Below, piece by piece: positions 38,144 through 46,164 of a stretch of 64,000 bases of DNA (position 1 is its first letter; each line of letters begins with the position of its first letter). The notes beneath the pieces are model-generated. The model made no database searches and was not told where the DNA came from. It worked only from the letters and a program-made list of their open reading frames with translations. Location of the stretch: the NCBI GenBank assembly GCA_963830415.1, contig CAWHMG010000004.1:13436-77435 (forward strand), in the 5' to 3' direction. The position numbers and the translations under genes are program-made. Source of the DNA: Terriglobia bacterium (GTDB taxonomy: Bacteria > Acidobacteriota > Terriglobia > Bryobacterales > Bryobacteraceae).

Positions 38144-39364
38144 GTGAAGAGTAAGTCCGTGAACAAACCTCGTACCAGGCAGCGGAAGAGCGCGCCTCCA
38201 AGTCGGGCTATGTCGGGCCACCCAAAGTGGATCGTGGTTGCTGGGGCGGCCGTGATTGGAATCTCGCTCTGGGCGTTCTATCCACATCGTTCGAGCGGCA
38301 ATGCTCAGGCGGCCGTTTCCTCAGCCGCCCCGGTATTTCAGCCGACGATCACGAATCGTACTCCTGCTCCGGGGAAGGCGCCTGCAAGCATGGTGTGGAT
38401 TCCCGGAGGCGAATTCTCAATGGGCGCCAACGATCCGCCGGACATGGACGATGTGGGCATGAAGGCCACTAAAGATGCGCGGCCTGTGCACCGAGTGTAT
38501 GTGGACGCCTTCTTTATGGATAAGACTGACGTTACGAATGCTGAGTTCGCAAAGTTCGTGAACGCCACCCGGTACGTAACCGTGGCCGAGCGCAAGCCGC
38601 GCGCCGAAGATTATCCCAACGCGCCGCCGGAAAATCTGGTTGCAGGATCGGTGGTCTTCTCTCCGCCCGACCATCCTGTGCCGCTCAACAATCACTTGCA
38701 GTGGTGGAGCTACGTGAAGGGAGCCGACTGGCGGCATCCCAGCGGCCCGGAGAGCGACATTAAAGGCAAGGAAAATTATCCGGTCGTTCAGGTCGCCTAC
38801 GAAGATGCCGAGGCTTACGCGAAGTGGGCTGGCCAGCGCTTGCCGACTGAAGCGGAATGGGAGTTTGCCGCGCGCGGCGGTCTCGCCGGAAAGCCCTTCG
38901 TGTGGGGCGACGAATTTCGTCCCCATGGCAAGTGGATGGCGAACACGCATCAGGGACACTTTCCCGATTCAGACACCGGCGAAGATGGTCAGGTGGGCAT
39001 CTCTCCGGTGGCCAAGTACCCGCCGAACGCATACGGCTTGTACGACATGGCCGGCAATGTCTGGCAATGGACCAGCGATTGGTATCGTCCGGATTACTAC
39101 CAGCAATTGGCAACAGCGGGCGCTGTTGCCCGCAATCCGCAGGGGCCCGAATCATCCCTCGATCCGGCAGAGCCGAATCAGCCCAAGAAAGTTCATCGTG
39201 GCGGATCCTTCCTCTGTACAGATCAGTATTGCTCGCGCTATATAGTCGGGACACGTGGCAAAGGCGAGGTCACAACCGGAACAAATCACCTCGGCTTTCG
39301 CTGTGTGATGACAAGCAAGCAGTGGCAGCGGGACCGCACAACCAGCTCGGCCAAGTTGAATTAG
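38144..39364 (+). CDS. formylglycine-generating-enzyme (SUMF1/FGE) family protein, N-terminally membrane-anchored
   Basis: TM HPKWIVVAGAAVIGISLWAFY. MVWIPGGEFSMG, YGLYDMAGNVWQWTSDWY, KVHRGGSFLC. GTG start; an alternative start lies at 38210. Confidence 0.85.
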   Translation: MKSKSVNKPRTRQRKSAPPSRAMSGHPKWIVVAGAAVIGISLWAFYPHRSSGNAQAAVSSAAPVFQPTITNRTPAPGKAPASMVWIPGGEFSMGANDPPDMDDVGMKATKDARPVHRVYVDAFFMDKTDVTNAEFAKFVNATRYVTVAERKPRAEDYPNAPPENLVAGSVVFSPPDHPVPLNNHLQWWSYVKGADWRHPSGPESDIKGKENYPVVQVAYEDAEAYAKWAGQRLPTEAEWEFAARGGLAGKPFVWGDEFRPHGKWMANTHQGHFPDSDTGEDGQVGISPVAKYPPNAYGLYDMAGNVWQWTSDWYRPDYYQQLATAGAVARNPQGPESSLDPAEPNQPKKVHRGGSFLCTDQYCSRYIVGTRGKGEVTTGTNHLGFRCVMTSKQWQRDRTTSSAKLN

Positions 39365-39473
39365 TCCTCGCCCCCGCTATACTGTTACTCTTGGCTGGGA
39401 TCGTTCAAATCCAGCTTACGTATTAATGAAGCTGGCCAAGCCGTCCAAACGTCTCAACAGATATCGTCTCTAA

Positions 39474-40520
39474 ATGAAGCCTCTCAACATTTTTCAATCA
39501 TGGGGGAAGGTGCTCGTAGGTAAAATTCCGATGCTCTCGATTGAAATCACGCGAGAGTGTCCCTTGCACTGCCCCGGGTGCTATGCCTATGGGGACGCGC
39601 ATTTGGGAGAGGGAGGACCAAATCTACGCAGCGTAAGTGACTATCGCGGTGATGAACTCGTAAGCCGCATCCTGGGCTTGGTCGACGCGCACTCGCCGTT
39701 GCAGGTATCGTTGGTGGGCGGTGAGCCTATGATGCGCCATCGCGAGTTGAGCCAGGTGCTTCCAGAGTTAAGCCGCCGAGGCATCTACACGATGGTAGTG
39801 ACGAGCGGCGTGATTCCTATTCCAGAAGAATGGAAGGACCTGCCCAAGATTACGATAGCCGTGTCGGTCGACGGCAATCCCGAAGATCACGATGTGAGGC
39901 GTAAACCCGCCACGTATGAAAGGATTTTGCGGAACATAAAAGGCTGCAAGGTAAACATCCATTGGACAGTCGTACGCGGGAACATCGAACAGCCCGGATA
40001 TATGGATCGATACCTGGCATTTTGGGATGCGCAACCGGAAGTAGACCGCATCTGGGTCAGCGTTTATACTCCGCAATTGGAAGAGGAGTCCGCCGAGAGG
40101 CTGACGCCGCTGAATAGGGTAGCGTTGGCAGAGTACTTCAACAGCACCGGCGGCAAGTATCCAAAGCTGACGATGCATAAAGGCCTGATGGATGCATTTG
40201 TGCGTCCGCCGGAGAACCCGGCAGGCTGCCTCTTCTCGAAACTGTCGGTAAACTACACGGCTGATTTGAAGAGCCGCGTGGAGCCGTGCGTGTTCGGTGG
40301 ATCTCCTAACTGTGCGGAGTGTGGCTGCTCGATGAGCATGGGCATGCATTGGCTGGGCAACCTGAGAGTCGCTGGACCAGTGCATGCGCGGGATCTTATT
40401 TTGGGTTCGCTTGCAATCGGCCGTACTGTCAATCGCGCCCTGCGCAAAGAAGAGACTCTGCGCTGGAGCGATGTGCCGCCCACACCGGAATCGCCTGAGC
40501 TGGTGCAGATCGACCGGTAG
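39474..40520 (+). CDS. radical SAM enzyme with C-terminal Cys cluster (unknown subfamily)
   Basis: CxxxCxxC = CPLHCPGCYA, GGEP (VSLVGGEPMM), and C-terminal CVFGGSPNCAECGC (C-x7-C-x2-C-x-C). Confidence 0.85.
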   Translation: MKPLNIFQSWGKVLVGKIPMLSIEITRECPLHCPGCYAYGDAHLGEGGPNLRSVSDYRGDELVSRILGLVDAHSPLQVSLVGGEPMMRHRELSQVLPELSRRGIYTMVVTSGVIPIPEEWKDLPKITIAVSVDGNPEDHDVRRKPATYERILRNIKGCKVNIHWTVVRGNIEQPGYMDRYLAFWDAQPEVDRIWVSVYTPQLEEESAERLTPLNRVALAEYFNSTGGKYPKLTMHKGLMDAFVRPPENPAGCLFSKLSVNYTADLKSRVEPCVFGGSPNCAECGCSMSMGMHWLGNLRVAGPVHARDLILGSLAIGRTVNRALRKEETLRWSDVPPTPESPELVQIDR

Positions 40521-40523
40521 ACG

Positions 40524-42122
40524 GTGCCGAAAGACCTTATCGTCATTGCGAGCGGAGACCTCCGTCTCTCTGCCAATCGAGTTTGCTGGCCTGCGCAACA
40601 GCGCGTGGAAGAAGCTCTCTTCATAGCCATTCGAAGCTTCGGGTTTGAGCCGAAACGGGGCCACGCCTACGACTCAACGAAGCAGCACGGTTTCATCGAT
40701 TCGCAGAAGCGCGGCATGGAAGTCTTTCGCGCGATTCCGGCCGATGTTCCGCTAATCGTAGTGGAAGCCGTCTGGCAGTATAGCCATCACGTACTGGCTG
40801 GGTTGACGACGCACAAAGGGCCGATTCTTACTATCGCGAACTGGAGTGGCGAGTGGCCGGGACTGGTCGGCATGTTGAACCTGAACGGTTCGCTGACGAA
40901 AGCCGGCGTGAAGTATTCGACGCTTTGGTCGAAAGACTTCACTGACGAATTCTTTCTATCGCGATTAAGAGCGTGGCTCGAGGGCGGGGAAGTGGCGCAT
41001 GATACAAGCCACGTACGGCCCCTCGAGAGCGTGACCTTGCCGGAGGATACTCGATCTCTCGGCATTGAGCTTGCTCGCCAGCTCAAACGAGAAAAGGCAA
41101 TCCTCGGAATCTTCGATGAGGGTTGCATGGGCATGTTCAACGCAATCGTGCCCGATCATCTTTTGAACCAGACAGGAGTCTTCAAGGAACGCCTTAGCCA
41201 GTCTGCTCTCTATGCCGCTATGCGCGAAGTTCCGGACGCGGAAGCACGCACGGTTCGCCATTGGCTCGACGGCAAAGGACTGCGGTTTGTAACAGGATCG
41301 AATCCGGAAACAGATTTAACCGATTTGCAGATTCTCGACCAATGCCGGATGTACATTGCCGCTGTGCGAATCGCGGACGAGTTCGGATGCGACGCCATCG
41401 GGATTCAGTATCAACAAGGGTTGAAAGACTTGGCTCCGGCTTCCGATCTGGCAGAAGGACTTTCGAACAATTCGGATCGGCCGCCCGTGAAATCGCCTGA
41501 TGGGCGCCTCCTTTACGAAGGAGAACCGTTGCCGCATTTCAACGAAGTGGATGAGTGCGCGGGTTTGGATGCTTTGGTCACGAAGCGAATCTGGAAAGCT
41601 CTGGGCTTGCCCCCAGAAACCACGCTGCACGATTTGCGCTACGGCGAAGAGTTTGGAGGTGAGTTCGTTTGGGTATTTGAGATATCGGGAGCCGCTCCTG
41701 CGGCGCACCACATTGATGGATATGCCGGCTCGGTAAGCGAGCGCCAGCCCCCCATGTACTTTCGGCTGGGCGGTGGTTCTTTGAAGGGCATCGCGAAACC
41801 GGGCGAGATTGTCTGGAGCCGCGTGTTCATCGAGGATGGCCAACTCAAAGCAGACTTAGGCCGGGCGAAAGTGGTTTCGCTGCCTCGGGAGGAAACGGAG
41901 CGCAGATGGCGCATCACCACGCCGCAGTGGCCGATCATGCACGCCGTTTTGTATGGAGTGACGCGCGATCAGATGATGGCGAAGCACAAGGCGAATCACA
42001 TACAAGTGGCATACGGAATGGATGCGGAGAGCGCGAATAGGGCGCTTGCTGCCAAGGCGGCTTTTTTCCATGAAGCGGGACTTGCCGTGAACATCTGCGG
42101 TTCGGAAACGGGCTTGCAATAG
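40524..42122 (+). CDS. L-fucose/arabinose isomerase-family protein
   Basis: 532 aa with a GTG start 3 nt after the radical SAM stop. By-eye correspondence to E. coli FucI landmarks ([13 protein letters not shown] vs TENDSLNGVAML; [14 protein letters not shown]...[10 protein letters not shown] vs NSTWPTTWFAPRLTG...GANHGVLTIG). Confidence 0.6.
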   Translation: MPKDLIVIASGDLRLSANRVCWPAQQRVEEALFIAIRSFGFEPKRGHAYDSTKQHGFIDSQKRGMEVFRAIPADVPLIVVEAVWQYSHHVLAGLTTHKGPILTIANWSGEWPGLVGMLNLNGSLTKAGVKYSTLWSKDFTDEFFLSRLRAWLEGGEVAHDTSHVRPLESVTLPEDTRSLGIELARQLKREKAILGIFDEGCMGMFNAIVPDHLLNQTGVFKERLSQSALYAAMREVPDAEARTVRHWLDGKGLRFVTGSNPETDLTDLQILDQCRMYIAAVRIADEFGCDAIGIQYQQGLKDLAPASDLAEGLSNNSDRPPVKSPDGRLLYEGEPLPHFNEVDECAGLDALVTKRIWKALGLPPETTLHDLRYGEEFGGEFVWVFEISGAAPAAHHIDGYAGSVSERQPPMYFRLGGGSLKGIAKPGEIVWSRVFIEDGQLKADLGRAKVVSLPREETERRWRITTPQWPIMHAVLYGVTRDQMMAKHKANHIQVAYGMDAESANRALAAKAAFFHEAGLAVNICGSETGLQ

Positions 42123-43154
42123 ATGAGAGTAGGATTGCTCGGTACCGGAGCGATCGCGAACAAGCACGCGCAAGCTTACCGGAACATCGGCTTTATACTA
42201 GCCGCCTGCTCCAACCATACAACGGAAAAGGGAGTTGAATTCGCGAAGCGCTGGGGCGCGGAGTTCGTACCTGACTATCGCGATCTGTGTCAGTTTCCAG
42301 GGTTGGATTTCGTCGACGTCTGTACCTTTCCGGACTTTCATCTAGAACCGGTGAAGGTATGCGCGGCAATCGGGCGGCCGATTCACGTACAGAAGCCGAT
42401 TGCGACGAATCAGGCCGCAGCGCAAACGATGATCGATCTTGCGCGTGAAGCGGGTATCGCTTTGGGCGTGGCGAGTCAACACCGCTTCGATGACGCCACC
42501 ATCTTTCTGAAACGGGCTCTCGCGGCGGGCCGCTTGGGCAGGCTGCTAGAAGCAGATGCTTACGTGAAGTGGTTCCGCGACGAAGCGTATTACGCTCGTC
42601 CGATAAAAGGGAGCTGGCATACCGAAGGTGGAGGAGCGCTGATTAACCAGGCAATTCATCAAGTGGATCTGCTGCTGCATTTAGCTGGCCCGATCAGCAA
42701 CATAAGCGCGATGTGGCAGATCGCAGCGCGTCACAACATCGAGTCCGAGGATGTTGTGAATGCGTTGCTGGCCTACCGGTCTGGGGCAACGGGCGTGATC
42801 CAAGCTGCGACGGCTTTTTGGCCCGGTTACACGGAGCGCATTGAGCTGCATGGGACGAAAGGAACAGCTATAGTCTCCGGAGACCGCATCAGCCGCTGGG
42901 ACGTTCAAAACGATGGATCGGCGAATTCCGCCGATCCAGTTCCGCTGACGAACGATGTGCTGTTGTCTGGATCATCCGATCCGATGGCGATCACCGTCAC
43001 ATCATTCGAGCGGCAATTTCTGGATTTTGCCGATGCTATCAAGACACGGCGCCCACCATTGGTGAGCGGCGAAGAAGGGCTACGCGCGCTGGAAGTTGTG
43101 CTGGGCATATATGAGTCATGCCGTGAGCAGCGCTCCGTCTCACTTTCTTCGTAG
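42123..43154 (+). CDS. Gfo/Idh/MocA-family NAD(P)-dependent oxidoreductase
   Basis: Rossmann N-terminus MRVGLLGTGAIANKHAQAY, EKP-like VQKPIA, and a C-terminal alpha/beta domain. The ATG immediately follows the upstream TAG. Confidence 0.85.
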   Translation: MRVGLLGTGAIANKHAQAYRNIGFILAACSNHTTEKGVEFAKRWGAEFVPDYRDLCQFPGLDFVDVCTFPDFHLEPVKVCAAIGRPIHVQKPIATNQAAAQTMIDLAREAGIALGVASQHRFDDATIFLKRALAAGRLGRLLEADAYVKWFRDEAYYARPIKGSWHTEGGGALINQAIHQVDLLLHLAGPISNISAMWQIAARHNIESEDVVNALLAYRSGATGVIQAATAFWPGYTERIELHGTKGTAIVSGDRISRWDVQNDGSANSADPVPLTNDVLLSGSSDPMAITVTSFERQFLDFADAIKTRRPPLVSGEEGLRALEVVLGIYESCREQRSVSLSS

Positions 43155-43223
43155 AGTCGTAATGCCCTTCTACATCGCGCAAGGCGATACAATCAGAGCA
43201 TTAGACCACGCTGTCTAAGCGGC

Positions 43224-46157
43224 TTGCCGAAGGTCGCCTCGGGTATCATGCCGCAAACGCACACTGACCATTCCGTCGACGTGCTCTCTTCCAATGCCGG
43301 GCAAGCAGCCGGGCTAAATCTGCAAGATTTGACAGAAGAGGCCGCCCTCCATTCAACCGATCCTGAGCGTGTGCGCAAGTACTTGCTCGATCTCCAGGAG
43401 GGCCACTCCGATGTGCTCGACCGGATCATGCGCGATCCGGAGCGCTTGCGCTGGCTCGCGCTGATTTTTTCTTCCAGCCGGTTTCTTTCAGAGGAGGTGC
43501 TGAGGCATCCGGAGTGGATACTCGAGATCAGCGAAGTTACCCGCTCACTGTCGCGAACCGATTACCGGCAGCGCTTGTCGAACTTTATTGAAGGGTCGCG
43601 AGTGATGCGGTCGAGTGCGACGGAACTTGCGCTGTTCCGCCGTAAGGAATTGCTGCGGGTTGTGGTGCGCGATCAAATGCAGGCTGGAACTTTATCCGAG
43701 GTTACGGAAGAAATCTCAAATCTGGCTGATGAGATTCTGGCGCGCGCCTTGCAAGACGTCACCTCAGAGCTGGAGCAGAGATTTGGAACGCCGCTTGAAG
43801 ACTCCGAGAACGCGACGCCTGCGGTTTTCAGCATTCTCGCACTCGGCAAGTTGGGCGGCCGCGAGTTGAACTATAGCTCGGATATCGATCTGATGTTTCT
43901 CTATAGCGCGAACGGAGAGACAAACGGCCCACAGCGAATCACAAACAAGGAATTTTTCAAGAAAGTAGCGAACCAGTTAACCAATCTGCTTTCGACTTAC
44001 ACTCCGGCCGGACAATGTTACCGGGTGGATTTGCGGCTGCGTCCAGAGGGGAGCCATGGCGAGGTCTGCATTTCATTAGCCGCCGCGAAAGACTATTACA
44101 TGAAGCGCGCCCGCGATTGGGAGCTTCAAATGCTCCTGAAGGCGCGTGTTGCGGCGGGGGACGGGAGGGCCGGTGAAGCGCTGCTCGAGTCCGTCGCGCC
44201 CTTGATCTACTCGACAACCCTCGATTTCTCAACCATCGAAACGATGTCGACCACGCGAGAGCGCATCGGAGAGAAGATCTCGCGCAAAACTCAACGGCGG
44301 AAAGAAATCAACGTTAAGCTTACGCGCGGCGGCATACGGGATATCGAGTTCCTGGTGCAGTGCCTGCAGCGCCTGCACGGCAGCCGTGAAAGCTCGGTAA
44401 AAGATGGAGGCACGCTTTCTGCCCTTGCGCGGCTGCACGAAAATGATCTGCTCTCGACAACGGAATTCTCGCGTCTGGCGCATGCCTACCGCTTTCTGCG
44501 CAATCTGGAACACATCCTGCAGCTCGAGGATGACCGGCAGACGCATACGCTGCCATCCGATGGAGCCGAGCTGCAGCGTATCGCGCGCCGCGTATCCCAA
44601 TCCTGGCAAGAGCGGCAAACCGATATGTCTGCTTCGGTTCACTTGCTAAGGGAACTCAATCAGCATCTCGAGAATGTGCAGGCAATTTACGAACGGATTG
44701 TTCATGCGCAGCGGCCGCTTTATTACTCCTCTCCACAAGGGGCGGGCTCGTTCTGGGAGGCCTCGCTAAAGAACGACGAAACGCCCGAGACGGCATCGGG
44801 CGAAGAGGTTCTGAGAAGGATCGGAGAAGTTGTACCGGAGTTGGCGGAACGGTTTCGCGCGGCTGGAATAGGCAATCGAAAGAACGGCCTGCCTGACTTC
44901 CTGCAAGATCTTTTGCGCCACCCGGCGGAGCTCAAATTGCTTGCGGAACATCCCGTGCTAAGCGCCTGGGCGATGCAGGTTTTCAAACTCAGCCCGGTGC
45001 TTGCCGGCCAGCTGACAAGATCTCCGGAATTAGTGGAAGAGATCAAGAGAGCCGCTGACCATCCGGGCCGGCGTTACGCATTTGAAGGACTGGCCGCGCC
45101 TCTAAATGATTTGGAGGGACTGCGGCTTTTTTTCCGCCGCGAAATGTTCAGGATTCAGGTGGGAAGTATCTGCCTGCCCGAGCCTGTCTTCCAAACGCTC
45201 GACCAGACCTCGGCGCTGGCCGAGTTTGTGATTGCGCGGGCTTATCGAATTGCGCTTGAAACGGCGTTAGAACATGGCCGGAGCCACGCAAGTGCAGCCA
45301 AGCCATTTGAGGAGCCGCTGGATGAAATGATGGTGGTTGCGCTCGGGCGTCTCGGCATGCGGGAGTTCGATGCCGGCTCCGACGCGGATCTTTTATTCAT
45401 CATTCCCGATATGGAGGCGCCCAGGCAGCGTTTCTGGACGCGAGTTGTCGAGCGGCTGCTCGAAATACTTTCGGCCTACACGGAAGGCGGTCCGCTGCTG
45501 TCGATAGACACGCGGCTGCGACCCAACGGGCGCGAAGGAATGCTGGTGCAAACCGAATCCAAATACGTGGAGTATTTTTCGAACAAAGCGGAGGCGTGGG
45601 AGGGCATTGCTTATATGAAAGCGCGCGGAGTGGCCGGGGACACGGACCGCGCGACTAAGTTTCTGACCGAGCTTCAGCAGGTCGACTGGCGCAGATACGG
45701 GCAGGGCGGTCGCTCAAAGCTCGAGTTGCGTCAGATGCGGTTGCGATTGCAACGCGAGCAAGGCGCGAATGCTCCGCTCAAGGCGGCCCAAGGAGGTTAC
45801 TACGACGCCGATTTCATTCTGATGTATTTGCGGCTGAAGGGCGCAGGCATGTTTTTCAAGAGCCTGAATACGCCGGAGCGCATTGAAATCGTGGAAAGAA
45901 TGGGACACCTGGAACGCGCCGATGCCGAATTTTTGCTGGAAGCGGCGACTCACTTTCGCGCGCTCGATCACGGGCTCAGGCTGGTGACTGGCCACGTAGA
46001 AGGCAAGCTGCCGACATCTGACGATCACTGCGAGATGGTGGCCGAGCTGATGAGCCGGTGGACTGCGCAGAAGTCAACCGCGGCAAGCCTGGAATCAGAC
46101 CTGCTTGCGCTCCAGACCAAAATGCACCGCTTGTTCGAAACGATCTTCGCGCAGTAA
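43224..46157 (+). CDS. glnE: bifunctional glutamine synthetase adenylyltransferase / adenylyl-removing enzyme
   Basis: Two nucleotidyltransferase modules: LGKLGGRELNYSSDIDLMFLY and LGRLGMREFDAGSDADLLFI. 977 aa. Start is uncertain (ATG at 43248 also possible). Confidence 0.9.
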   Translation: MPKVASGIMPQTHTDHSVDVLSSNAGQAAGLNLQDLTEEAALHSTDPERVRKYLLDLQEGHSDVLDRIMRDPERLRWLALIFSSSRFLSEEVLRHPEWILEISEVTRSLSRTDYRQRLSNFIEGSRVMRSSATELALFRRKELLRVVVRDQMQAGTLSEVTEEISNLADEILARALQDVTSELEQRFGTPLEDSENATPAVFSILALGKLGGRELNYSSDIDLMFLYSANGETNGPQRITNKEFFKKVANQLTNLLSTYTPAGQCYRVDLRLRPEGSHGEVCISLAAAKDYYMKRARDWELQMLLKARVAAGDGRAGEALLESVAPLIYSTTLDFSTIETMSTTRERIGEKISRKTQRRKEINVKLTRGGIRDIEFLVQCLQRLHGSRESSVKDGGTLSALARLHENDLLSTTEFSRLAHAYRFLRNLEHILQLEDDRQTHTLPSDGAELQRIARRVSQSWQERQTDMSASVHLLRELNQHLENVQAIYERIVHAQRPLYYSSPQGAGSFWEASLKNDETPETASGEEVLRRIGEVVPELAERFRAAGIGNRKNGLPDFLQDLLRHPAELKLLAEHPVLSAWAMQVFKLSPVLAGQLTRSPELVEEIKRAADHPGRRYAFEGLAAPLNDLEGLRLFFRREMFRIQVGSICLPEPVFQTLDQTSALAEFVIARAYRIALETALEHGRSHASAAKPFEEPLDEMMVVALGRLGMREFDAGSDADLLFIIPDMEAPRQRFWTRVVERLLEILSAYTEGGPLLSIDTRLRPNGREGMLVQTESKYVEYFSNKAEAWEGIAYMKARGVAGDTDRATKFLTELQQVDWRRYGQGGRSKLELRQMRLRLQREQGANAPLKAAQGGYYDADFILMYLRLKGAGMFFKSLNTPERIEIVERMGHLERADAEFLLEAATHFRALDHGLRLVTGHVEGKLPTSDDHCEMVAELMSRWTAQKSTAASLESDLLALQTKMHRLFETIFAQ

Positions 46158-46164
46158 AAGAGTC

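Noticed and set aside
39411-39435. 7-bp hairpin CCAGCTT...AAGCTGG after the FGE gene
   Set aside because: No U-tract follows it, so there is insufficient evidence to call a terminator.
39474-40520. Radical SAM gene next to the FGE gene as a possible anaerobic sulfatase-maturating enzyme (anSME)
   Set aside because: There is no full SPASM C-x2-C-x5-C-x3-C motif, only C-x7-C-x2-C-x-C. The gene is coupled to sugar-type genes rather than a sulfatase, and a 109-nt gap separates it from the FGE gene.
39768-40664. 298-aa ORF on the minus strand spanning the radical SAM gene and the start of the isomerase-like gene
   Set aside because: It is antisense to a frame carrying unambiguous radical SAM motifs. 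Its Arg/Ala/His-rich composition is typical of shadow ORFs in GC-rich DNA, and no motif is present.
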